64,000 nt of DNA. Origin: Elusimicrobiota bacterium. GTDB taxonomy: Bacteria > Elusimicrobiota > Endomicrobiia > Endomicrobiales > JBDRNC01. Numbering within the stretch: position 1 is the stretch's first letter; each line of letters begins with the position of its first letter. The stretch covers positions 1-64,000 of the forward strand of contig JBDRNC010000028.1 of assembly GCA_043811535.1 (NCBI GenBank), in the 5' to 3' direction. The position numbers were made by a program, and so were the translations under genes. The notes beneath the pieces are model-generated. The model made no database searches and was not told the origin of the DNA. It saw only the letters and a program-made list of their open reading frames with translations. Positions 31,191 to 38,912 of this stretch are shown here, in pieces.

Positions 31191-32094
31191 GCACTTCCCT
31201 GCCTATGGATACCGAAAAACTCCTTGCCGCGAAACTTCCGAGCCACACCAGCGCGCCCGCCGCCGCGGGAAGTATATGATAGACGCCCGACTGCAGGGCC
31301 CCGAACAGGAGCGCCGTTTCATTGGGAAGCGCGGAAAAACTCAGGACCGCGACTGTTTCCCTTATGCCGAGCCCCTGTATGGATACCGGCAGGTTCGTCG
31401 CTATTATCATCAGCGAAACATAAAACACTAAATTTGCAATGCCTATGCTTATACCGAGCGCGGCGAACATCAAGAACGCGCATATCAGCTCGCCGGCCTG
31501 GAAAACCGTTCCAAAAATAATCAGTTTCGCGAAATCCTTCTTTGAAACGCTCCTGAAGCAGTGCGCCGCGTCTTTCAGGAAGCCGCTTTCCGCTTTGTCG
31601 GCCAGTTTGAAAACAACATACAATACCGCCGCAAGTCCCGCGATGCCGGCTATACCTATATATAGGTATCCTTTCAGCGCCGCGCCCAGGCAGAAAAGCA
31701 AAGCGGTTGAGGCGAAAATCACAAGGCGCAGAAGAACGGTGGAGCTCAGCGCTACCGGGAAACTGCCGCTTGAGACCAGTTTCAGCCCCGCCGCGCGGAC
31801 GAGCTCGCTTATCTTGAACGGGAGCAGGAACTTGAGCGGCAGCGATACGGCGTTTGAAACCGCGAGATCGCCGAACTTCGCTTGTACGCCGCTGTATGAA
31901 AGAACTTTGCCCCATATATAAGGCATGAATACCAGTCTGAACAGAATTGAAATGCCCGCCGCGGCCGCGATAAATCTGATATCGGCCCGCGCCGCGCCTG
32001 ACAGTATGCTCCCGATATCGAACTGCGTGAACAATACGTACAGCAGCAGTCCGGAAATCAGGTAATTGATGATAAATAACAGTTTCTTTTTCAT
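31183..32094 (-). CDS. Flippase-like membrane protein (lysylphosphatidylglycerol synthase TM / UPF0104 family)
   Basis: Polytopic; LP.K..EL.RA motif and LPVSIQGLGIRE motif typical of the family. Confidence 0.75.
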   Translation of the reverse strand: MKKKLLFIINYLISGLLLYVLFTQFDIGSILSGAARADIRFIAAAAGISILFRLVFMPYIWGKVLSYSGVQAKFGDLAVSNAVSLPLKFLLPFKISELVRAAGLKLVSSGSFPVALSSTVLLRLVIFASTALLFCLGAALKGYLYIGIAGIAGLAAVLYVVFKLADKAESGFLKDAAHCFRSVSKKDFAKLIIFGTVFQAGELICAFLMFAALGISIGIANLVFYVSLMIIATNLPVSIQGLGIRETVAVLSFSALPNETALLFGALQSGVYHILPAAAGALVWLGSFAARSFSVSIGREVLE

Positions 32095-32174
32095 CCCGTT
32101 AGACCTTTTACTAACTTACGAATACTTTCTTCGCCGATTGTCCATCCCATCAGACCCGGAAGGTCTAACGGGAT
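32093..32174. repeat. CCCGTTAGA / TCTAACGGG inverted-repeat element
   Basis: 15-bp perfect IR atcccgttagacctt / aaggtctaacgggat. Confidence 0.8.
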
Positions 32175-32197
32175 TCATTCTTTCTCCCATTTCCTTT

Positions 32198-32235
32198 TCC
32201 CTCCCCCCTTGAGGGGGCAGGGCAGGGTGGGGGGT
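32198..32235. repeat. GC-rich REP-like palindrome (CTCCCCCCTTG..GGGG family)
   Basis: tccctccccccttgagggggcagggcagggtgggggg; similar to 47376-47412. Confidence 0.6.
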
Positions 32236-32241
32236 ACTGCT

Positions 32242-33609
32242 TCAACTGCCAAATACTGAAAATACTTTCCTGGGATAATAATTAAGATATATCTTAAATC
32301 TAATATCTTTCTTTATAAGCGCTATGAGCAGCTGTCCCGCGACCACGGCTATGCCCGGCACCAGCCCGAACAGCCAATATAGCTCCCGCGTCTGTGACGG
32401 CAGAAGGGGCAGTAATTTGAATATCTTTCTGAAACAGCTGTTCGCGTACCTCATCGGGCTCTCGTCGTTGTCCGTGCTGAAAAAGTCGCCGACATAATCG
32501 GAATGCTTGTACTGACCGATCCCGGCGTCCGGGTAAACAACAAGGTTATGGCATTTCACCCTGTTCAGCATTTTGCAGTTTGAATATATCTTTGCCGCAA
32601 GCTTGTGGTCCTCTACACTTTCTCCGGGAAGCCCGAACATGTGGTCCGCGTCATAACGCAGTCCCGCCCAGTCGCATGCCGAGAAAGCGCTCAGGATCTG
32701 CGCGTTTGTCTCCGGGCGGTGCAGCGTCCCGGAGCGTATCTTTTCATTGAATGTCTGGACGCCGAACTCCACGCAGTAACACCCGCTGTTCTTGAGCATC
32801 AGCGCGACACCGGCGTCAAAACCGTCAACCTTGCCGAAGCATTTGAACGGCACTGCGATCTCCTTATTATATAGGTATAGGAATCTTTCAAGCCACGCTC
32901 TATCCTGCGTGAAGACCGAATCCTTGAATATTACTTCTTTGAACCCGTATCTTTGCTTTCCGGCCGCCATTTCAAGGATAACGTGCTCCGGAGTCCTGCG
33001 CCTGAAATAGCCCGCGCCGTACTTCTCTCCGTGAAGCGCCTCTTCGCAGTACGAACAGCTGAATCTGCAGCCCTTGCTTGTATATATAAGGTAGCTGTCG
33101 CCGAAGTTCACGTATTTCCGGAACAATCCCTTATCCGGAAGCGGCAGTTTGTCCAGCGCCGCGAGCTCGTTCGTTTCAATATTTGAATTCATGTCGTTCT
33201 CAATGAATCTTTTGAATACAATCTCCGGTTCGCCTTTAAGTACATAATCGAAATTCGCGCCCTCGTATCCGGACTGAGTGATGCAGACGGCCTTCAAGTC
33301 CGGTTTCCGGCTTTTAGCTTCCATAAGCACGCGTTCGGCCCAGCCGCGCGTGTTGAAGTTGTCTATATAGATAACCGTATCCGGCCCGCTCTCAATAATC
33401 CTGCGGATTGTTCCGTTCTCTCTAGAAAGCATTTTATTCAGCAGCGGCATGTAGAACACGTTGTCGCTCACGCCGAACACATCCTGGTCAAAAACAAGGC
33501 CGGTCTTATATCCGGCTTGTTTCGCGAACGCCGATAAAACCTCTATCGCCGCGGTATCGCGCACGGTGTAACGGCCCTTGTAGATGAAGGTAATATTTTT
33601 GTTATCCAT
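32242..33609 (-). CDS. Cobalamin-binding radical SAM protein
   Basis: TSKGCRFSCSYC (CxxxCxxC), GEPE, FKDSVFT, FGVQT, MFGLPGE. Confidence 0.85.
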   Translation of the reverse strand: MDNKNITFIYKGRYTVRDTAAIEVLSAFAKQAGYKTGLVFDQDVFGVSDNVFYMPLLNKMLSRENGTIRRIIESGPDTVIYIDNFNTRGWAERVLMEAKSRKPDLKAVCITQSGYEGANFDYVLKGEPEIVFKRFIENDMNSNIETNELAALDKLPLPDKGLFRKYVNFGDSYLIYTSKGCRFSCSYCEEALHGEKYGAGYFRRRTPEHVILEMAAGKQRYGFKEVIFKDSVFTQDRAWLERFLYLYNKEIAVPFKCFGKVDGFDAGVALMLKNSGCYCVEFGVQTFNEKIRSGTLHRPETNAQILSAFSACDWAGLRYDADHMFGLPGESVEDHKLAAKIYSNCKMLNRVKCHNLVVYPDAGIGQYKHSDYVGDFFSTDNDESPMRYANSCFRKIFKLLPLLPSQTRELYWLFGLVPGIAVVAGQLLIALIKKDIRFKIYLNYYPRKVFSVFGS

Positions 33610-35116
33610 TTTGCCTTACCCACGCGAGCTTCTTCGCGAGCACCTTGAATATGTTCTCCGAATAAGCCGCGTAATTCTTGTGCGCCCTGGAAACGCTCTC
33701 CTGCGAAAAGACCATTCCCGCGAACGCGAAGAATTTCCTGAAAAATTCCGCGAAAGACCTGCAGTGGAACGCGTGCCTTAAGAGGAATCCCGGCCTTGAG
33801 TAGTACTGGATGTAGGCCCACTTCGCCAATTTGTCAACCTCTTCGTTCTTTATCGATTTCAGCCACGGTCTCGGAAGCAGTCTGTCCTTCTCCCTGCCGG
33901 CGATCCAGTCTGCCCAGTAATCGCGCCATCCGCCGGCAACCATCTCTTTCCACATTCCCGTGCCCGGCTTGGCAAGCAGTTTGGAGAACTGCACGTATTC
34001 AAGGTCCAGTTTTTTCGCGAACTCAAGCGTTTGTTTCACGGTCGCTTTCGTTTCTCCGGGAACGCCCACAAGGAAGAAACCGAGATTCTGTATTCCTATG
34101 CTTTTTGAGACCGCTATCGTATTTTCAACCTGTTCAAGCGTTATTCCTTTATTCATCGCGTCAAGGACTTCCTGGCAGCCGTGCTCTATTCCCCAGTATA
34201 TCCTGCGGCACCCTGCCGAATGCATCTCTTTGAGAAGCCCTTCGTCAACTGTGTCTATCCTTGAGCGGCACGCCCAAGTGATATCCAGGCCGTTTTCCTT
34301 AATGAGCCGGCAGATCTCGCTGACCCTGCTCCTGATGCCGGTGAACTCGTAGTCAAAGATATCTATTTCGCGTATGCCGTATTTTTCAGAGCATTCTTTC
34401 ATTTCGCTGACTACAGTTTCCGGGCTTCTCGGGTTATACGCGCTTCCGCCCGCTTCGCAGAAACTGCAGCGGAACGGGCATCCCAGCGAAGTCACCATCA
34501 CGGTGAAGTTCTTATTCTGCGTAGGGAACTCGGCGTACAGTTCGTTCGGAAGCAGGTCCCTGGCCGGGTTCGGGAACTTGTCAAAATCCACCTTTTGCGG
34601 GTGGGGATTCACTATGATTTTCCCGTCATTTTTCCACGCAAGCCCAGGGACGCTCTCAAGGTCATTCTCGCCGCTTTCCAGCGTTTTCAGGAGTGCCGGC
34701 ACGGTATAATACGCGTGTTCAACGCAGCCGAAATCTATTATATCATGCGCCAGCGATTCCTCAGGATAGACCCTCAGGTTATACCCGCCAATGAGGACCT
34801 TTGCGTCCACCCCTTTCCCCTTCAAACCGCTCTTGAGGAACTTGAGCCATTCAAGCGTCTCGGGGAACATGTAAGTGGTCATCATAGAGCCGATGACGTC
34901 GGGTTTATAACTCGTTAATTTTTCAAGCACTTCTTCCTTTGTCAATCTGAGGGTCCTTGCGTCAATTATCACCGCTTCGTGCCCGGCCTGCCTGATTATG
35001 GCGGCTACCCAGGCGAGCGAAAGCGGCGGGAACAACCCGAAGTATTTCTGCACGATCCTCAGGTTTTCCTCGTGCTCTTTATAGGAGAATGGATTAAAAA
35101 CCAGCGCTACTTTCAT
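33602..35116 (-). CDS. Cobalamin-binding radical SAM protein (class B methyltransferase-like)
   Basis: N-terminal PPLSLAWVAA B12-binding domain, TSLGCPFRCSFC, WGIEHG, FLVGVPGE. Confidence 0.9.
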   Translation of the reverse strand: MKVALVFNPFSYKEHEENLRIVQKYFGLFPPLSLAWVAAIIRQAGHEAVIIDARTLRLTKEEVLEKLTSYKPDVIGSMMTTYMFPETLEWLKFLKSGLKGKGVDAKVLIGGYNLRVYPEESLAHDIIDFGCVEHAYYTVPALLKTLESGENDLESVPGLAWKNDGKIIVNPHPQKVDFDKFPNPARDLLPNELYAEFPTQNKNFTVMVTSLGCPFRCSFCEAGGSAYNPRSPETVVSEMKECSEKYGIREIDIFDYEFTGIRSRVSEICRLIKENGLDITWACRSRIDTVDEGLLKEMHSAGCRRIYWGIEHGCQEVLDAMNKGITLEQVENTIAVSKSIGIQNLGFFLVGVPGETKATVKQTLEFAKKLDLEYVQFSKLLAKPGTGMWKEMVAGGWRDYWADWIAGREKDRLLPRPWLKSIKNEEVDKLAKWAYIQYYSRPGFLLRHAFHCRSFAEFFRKFFAFAGMVFSQESVSRAHKNYAAYSENIFKVLAKKLAWVRQNG

Positions 35117-35796
35117 TTCTTCCCCTTCTTCTTGTCCGGAACCGCATCCTTTCCTTTCGCCGCCGCGCTTATCTCGGCGTCTTTATCTTTTTCGAGTATT
35201 TTCAATTCATTTTTCGCCCTGGCGGAGCTTAAATTCCTAAGGCTTTTCACCGCGAACTTCCTTAATTCCTTTTTTTCCTTGTCTCTTGAGACTTTGATTA
35301 TCTCGTCGGAAGCCCTGTCGTCGTTGTAAGTCCTCAAAGTGTTTAAGGCGCTTTTCTGCACTTTTTCTTCCTGCTCGTTCTCAAGCAGGCTTGAAAGCGC
35401 CTGCATTATTTCCCTGCTGTTGCCGAAATACGCAAGATTGATGACCGCCCTGTTCCTTACATCTTCGTTAGGGTCGTTCAGCGCGCTTAGAATCGCTTTC
35501 AGCGCGTCCGGCGAATGTTGTATTGTCCATGCTTTTATAATGCTTATCTTAACCATGTTGCTTTTTTCCGAAGCGAACTGGTCCATGAGAACTTTTGTCG
35601 ATTCCGTGCTCTGTACGGCCGCGAACCACTGAACAGCCGCCAGCCTTTCGGAAACGGCAGGAGCTTTAAGGTCTTTCTGCTTCGCCTTGAACTCCTTGTC
35701 GTCAACCGCGTACGCCGCGGCAACGGACGCCAAAAAGATGATGATGAAACAGGTTTTTATCTTCATCCCGCTTAGGTCTTTTTTGTTTATTCTCAT
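35113..35796 (-). CDS. Exported HEAT-repeat protein
   Basis: Signal peptide MKIKTCFIIIFLASVAAAYA (probable start 35766); HEAT repeats such as ALNDPNEDVRNRAVINL; ATGA overlap with the next gene. Confidence 0.8.
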   Translation of the reverse strand: MRINKKDLSGMKIKTCFIIIFLASVAAAYAVDDKEFKAKQKDLKAPAVSERLAAVQWFAAVQSTESTKVLMDQFASEKSNMVKISIIKAWTIQHSPDALKAILSALNDPNEDVRNRAVINLAYFGNSREIMQALSSLLENEQEEKVQKSALNTLRTYNDDRASDEIIKVSRDKEKKELRKFAVKSLRNLSSARAKNELKILEKDKDAEISAAAKGKDAVPDKKKGKK

Positions 35797-35850
35797 GTTA
35801 TTCTCTATTCGTCCATGTTGTCCCGCCCGCTTTGAGGGCCTGACGGGATT

Positions 35851-36084
35851 CTATTTTATCTGCCTTACCGAATTACCGGAAAAATCCAGCACCGTTCCGC
35901 CCCTGAGCTCCACGATTATGTCCAGCTCTATCTGCGGGTCGTGCAGGAAGCAGAGCATTTTCTTCTGGAGGTTGTCCAAAACCTCGCCGATGCTCTCTCC
36001 GCGCGCGCGAAGGCTGTCCGCGACGGGCGAGTACGCGGTGTATAAGCCGTTTTCGCTTCTTTCCACGACAATTCTGTATTTCAC
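35851..36084 (-). CDS. HicB-like small protein (orphan)
   Basis: MKYRIVVERSENGLYTAYSP...ARGESIGEVLDNL matches the HicB N-terminal pattern; GTG start with GAGGTG SD. Confidence 0.6.
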   Translation of the reverse strand: MKYRIVVERSENGLYTAYSPVADSLRARGESIGEVLDNLQKKMLCFLHDPQIELDIIVELRGGTVLDFSGNSVRQIK

Positions 36085-36100
36085 TGTGACACCTCAACAA

Positions 36101-36604
36101 ATTGTGTAATGCCTGATGTGTAATGTTTGATGAAATATCAACTTAAACTGCTTACTTTCTCCAAATTAAGCGATTTAATCAATCTTCCCATCATGTTGCA
36201 TATATGAATGCATTTTGACCTTAGATTCCAATGGTTCTCTCTCAATATCATTTCTTCACTAAGCAGCAATGTAATCATCGGAACGCACTCCCTTGCTGAA
36301 TCTAAAGCGGTATTGTAATAAGTTGCCTTCCATTTCTTTGATGTTTTACCGCTGCCTTCAGCAATGTTGTTGACAACTGACAGCGACGCTCTTACAAACT
36401 GGTCTCCGATGGAATACTTAAACTCGCGTGGCAATGACTTGTACACCTTGAAAGCTTCCTTAACGAATTCCATAGAGATTTTGTAAACCTCCATTTTTTC
36501 AAAATCAAAAACAAAATCGGCATACGTACTCATATACCTTATCCCCCATAAAATGAAGTAATGTGCGTGATTCATCACACATCACACATTTTTCATTACA
36601 CAAT
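36101..36604. repeat. 34-bp imperfect inverted heptamer repeats enclosing the four-helix-bundle gene
   Basis: 36101-36134 attgtgtaatgcctgatgtgtaatgtttgatgaa versus the reverse complement of 36571-36604, attgtgtaatgaaaaatgtgtgatgtgtgatgaa (28/34 identical). Confidence 0.85.
36138..36533 (-). CDS. Four helix bundle protein (23S rRNA intervening-sequence protein family)
   Basis: FEKMEVYK...DQFVRASLSVVNNIAEGSG...ALDSAREC; start MSTYADF after AAGGT SD. Confidence 0.9.
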   Translation of the reverse strand: MSTYADFVFDFEKMEVYKISMEFVKEAFKVYKSLPREFKYSIGDQFVRASLSVVNNIAEGSGKTSKKWKATYYNTALDSARECVPMITLLLSEEMILRENHWNLRSKCIHICNMMGRLIKSLNLEKVSSLS

Positions 36605-36641
36605 ATTAAGATGTTTTGTTTCTTTTTGTTGTCGCTATACC

Positions 36642-36762
36642 TCCAAATGCCAAGGATTATCCCGATGCCTTTCATCGGGATCTTTCTTGGCACCCGGTTG
36701 AAAGAATACTTCTTTAATAAATTAAAGAAGCTCCGTCAAAACAGGGTGCCTTGGCATTTGGA
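36642..36762 (-). other. Multi-stem structured RNA element directly after a stop codon
   Basis: Perfect 14-bp IR 36642-36655/36749-36762 enclosing hairpins 36659-36681 (9 bp) and 36709-36730 (10 bp), plus ggcaccc/gggtgcc. Confidence 0.65.
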
Positions 36763-37263
36763 TTAACAGCGCAACACTTGGAGGGCTAAAGATTTTGCGG
36801 CTGGCGTAAAGCAATTGGGGAGTAGCGACAAAAGAGTGCACGAAACAGCGAACACGAAGAGGTTGGTGAGCAGAACAAGGAGCTTGTCCCAGTTTTTCCT
36901 TACAGGAAGGAGAGCATAGAATATATCTGAGGTTTTCTGAGGCAGCGATCTCGCGATGGCGTGCGCCGTCAGGTTCAGATTTTTTCTGAGCACGGAGAGC
37001 GCCGTAGCGATTGAATACAGCTCTGATTTCGTCAGAAGTTCGAAAATGCCGTATTGGAAAATCTGTTTGAGTTCTTGTTTTGCCGAAGAAGCCGCTATAG
37101 GCTGGTTGTTGGCGTCGCGGGCGTCAAGGTCTTCAAAAGAAAGGGCATCCTGAGTGATATTTGGAAATACAAAAACTCCCTCTTCGGATGAATTTGCAAC
37201 CGCAATTACACAAATTACACCCACGCAAATACAAAGAATAAGAAGGGGGAGTTTCCAGTTCAT
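36763..37263 (-). CDS. Hypothetical protein with N-terminal signal/TM segment and C-terminal hydrophobic segment ending LQVLRC
   Basis: 166-aa ORF starting about 10 nt after the riboswitch, AAGGT SD-like sequence. Confidence 0.6.
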   Translation of the reverse strand: MNWKLPLLILCICVGVICVIAVANSSEEGVFVFPNITQDALSFEDLDARDANNQPIAASSAKQELKQIFQYGIFELLTKSELYSIATALSVLRKNLNLTAHAIARSLPQKTSDIFYALLPVRKNWDKLLVLLTNLFVFAVSCTLLSLLPNCFTPAAKSLALQVLRC

Positions 37264-37273
37264 TATTTATACC

Positions 37274-37390
37274 TTCGGTAACCCAGCCAGCCCTTGAACT
37301 AGTGGTAAATATTAACGCTCAATGATCGTTCAAGTAGGCCCTGTTGGCTTTGCGCCCCCGGATTACTCCGGGTTTGCCGTTTCGGGTAAC
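37274..37390 (-). promoter_or_regulatory. c-di-GMP-I (GEMM-I) riboswitch
   Basis: Minus strand: cgaaacGGCAAACccggaGTAAtccggggGCGCAAAGCcaacagggcctac...ggctggctGGGTTACCGAA. Conserved GGCAAAC, GNRA loop, CGCAAAGC and GGTTACCGA; G at the Vc2 G20-equivalent position. Confidence 0.9.
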
Positions 37391-37406
37391 ATTCCCTTTC
37401 GTTATG

Positions 37407-37435
37407 AGTATAGCAGACGTTCTATTTCTTGTCAA
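37407..37435 (-). promoter_or_regulatory. sigma70 promoter for the riboswitch leader
   Basis: TTGACA-17 nt-TATACT with extended -10 TG. Confidence 0.8.
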
Positions 37436-37557
37436 GTATTTTTACAAATATTTTATATTGAAAAATCAAAGGAATATTCCATATACTTCTTATTGAATTT
37501 ACGCCTATTTTTGATATCCCTCAATATTTTATCAACGGTGTGACTTATGTCACAGTG

Positions 37558-37636
37558 TTGCTTAAATGGTTAAATGGCTTAATTGCTAAATGGCTAAAAG
37601 CCGTTAGCAATTTAGCCATAGAGCCATTTAGCCATG
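37558..37636. repeat. Inverted octamer array (TAAATGGC / GCCATTTA family)
   Basis: taaatggt taaatggc ttaattgc taaatggc ... tagcaatt tagccata gagccatt tagccatg. Confidence 0.8.
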
Positions 37637-37647
37637 TGTTTTTAGCT

Positions 37648-38193
37648 CTATTTTCCATGCTTTTTTGCAAACGCGGCATGAGAAAGTATCGCTATCACTG
37701 TTTTAGAGTCTTTTATTCTGCCGGATCGTATCCACTTGAGCGCCTGTTTCAGTTGGACTGTTTTTGCGGCGATGAATTCGTCATCGTCCGGACAGGATTT
37801 CGATTTTGACAGTCTATCCGCTGTATAAACGTGTATAACCTCGTCGGAAAACGCGGGCGTCGGCCAGAAAGAGCATATTTTCTTCACGCGGCCCGGCCTG
37901 TAGCCGGTTTCCTCTTCAAGCTCGCGCCTTACGCATGACAAAGGATTCTCCCCCTTGTCCAGTTTTCCGGCCGGGATCTCATATGTTATTTTTTCCACCG
38001 GATAGCGGTACTGTTTTACGAGAATCACGCGTTCTTTGTCGAGAAACGGCAGGACGGCGACCGCGCCGGGATGGTCCATGTACTCCCTTATCGCTTTCTT
38101 TCCGTCGGGAAGCTTAATTTCATCAATATAGAAATTAACAGCTTTGCCTTTCAGCGTTTTAATCCTTCTGTTGAATGTTTCTTTCATTTTCAT
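37648..38193 (-). CDS. nudF: NUDIX hydrolase, ADP-ribose pyrophosphatase-like
   Basis: HPGAVAV, QYRYP, EIPAGKLDKGE...RRELEEETG Nudix box, DDDEFI, IKDSKT. Confidence 0.85.
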   Translation of the reverse strand: MKMKETFNRRIKTLKGKAVNFYIDEIKLPDGKKAIREYMDHPGAVAVLPFLDKERVILVKQYRYPVEKITYEIPAGKLDKGENPLSCVRRELEEETGYRPGRVKKICSFWPTPAFSDEVIHVYTADRLSKSKSCPDDDEFIAAKTVQLKQALKWIRSGRIKDSKTVIAILSHAAFAKKHGK

Positions 38194-38264
38194 GTTGTAT
38201 TCCGGTGGTATTTCTTATTTATTTTACATCTATTTTTAAAAAAACACAACAGCATGATAAAGTG

Positions 38265-38293
38265 TTGACAATAAACGCTTGTTTTATTATAAT
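38265..38293 (+). promoter_or_regulatory. Consensus sigma70 promoter upstream of ndk
   Basis: TTGACA-17 nt-TATAAT. Confidence 0.85.
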
Positions 38294-38317
38294 CTGTGTT
38301 CATAGAAAGGGGTCCTT

Positions 38318-38848
38318 ATGTCAACCACTAACGGAAAAAACATACAGCACGTGCTTGTCCTAATCAAACCGGACGGTCTGAAGAAATCGCTCACGGGAAA
38401 CATCCTCACGAAGCTTTCCGAAGCGAAACTTACGATAATCGCGGCGAAAGTCGTGCATGTCAGCGTCGAGCTCGCCGAGGATCATTATAAACACCTGAAA
38501 ACGAAGCCGTTTTTCGGGGAACTCATCCGCTACATACGCGGCGATCAGCACGGGGAAGCGTACAGCCGCGTCCTCGCTCTCGTCTATAAAGGGAGCAGCG
38601 CGATAGAAAAGCTCCGCGAGATAGCGGGCGCGACGAACCCGGAAGACGCGGACCCCGTCTCCATACGCGGCGCGTACGGCCGCATAACGACAAAAGGCGT
38701 GTACGAGAACGTCATTCATTGCTCGTCGGACGCGGCGGAAGCCGAACGCGAAATAAAACTGTGGTTCCAGCCTTCCGAACTTTGCTGCGAAGTCTATCCT
38801 TCCAAGAAGGTTACGAAAGAGAAATGTGAACACGAGGTTTGGGCATAA
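38318..38848 (+). CDS. ndk: Nucleoside diphosphate kinase
   Basis: LIKPDG, HY..KPFF, GATNP, SIRG, ENVIHCSSD...AEREIKLWF. Confidence 0.92.
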   Translation: MSTTNGKNIQHVLVLIKPDGLKKSLTGNILTKLSEAKLTIIAAKVVHVSVELAEDHYKHLKTKPFFGELIRYIRGDQHGEAYSRVLALVYKGSSAIEKLREIAGATNPEDADPVSIRGAYGRITTKGVYENVIHCSSDAAEAEREIKLWFQPSELCCEVYPSKKVTKEKCEHEVWA

Positions 38849-38912
38849 TTTAGGTACTGCGGCTGAAAAATTCTTTCCGCATATGGTATAACTACATATA
38901 AATGAGGTTAAA

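Noticed and set aside
36138..36533. Diversity-generating retroelement (Avd-like gene)
   Set aside because: No reverse transcriptase and no TR/VR pair with adenine-specific differences seen; the internal duplication in the giant gene looks like ordinary divergence
36505..36693. 62-aa minus ORF across the structured RNA element
   Set aside because: Runs through repeat arms, has no clear SD and no recognisable family
37274..37390. 3',3'-cGAMP (GEMM-Ib) specificity for the riboswitches
   Set aside because: Both aptamers have G, not A, at the discriminating position
38700..38735. NDK as pseudogene because of HCSSD instead of HGSD
   Set aside because: Catalytic His and the other motifs are intact and the promoter is consensus; treated as a sequence variant
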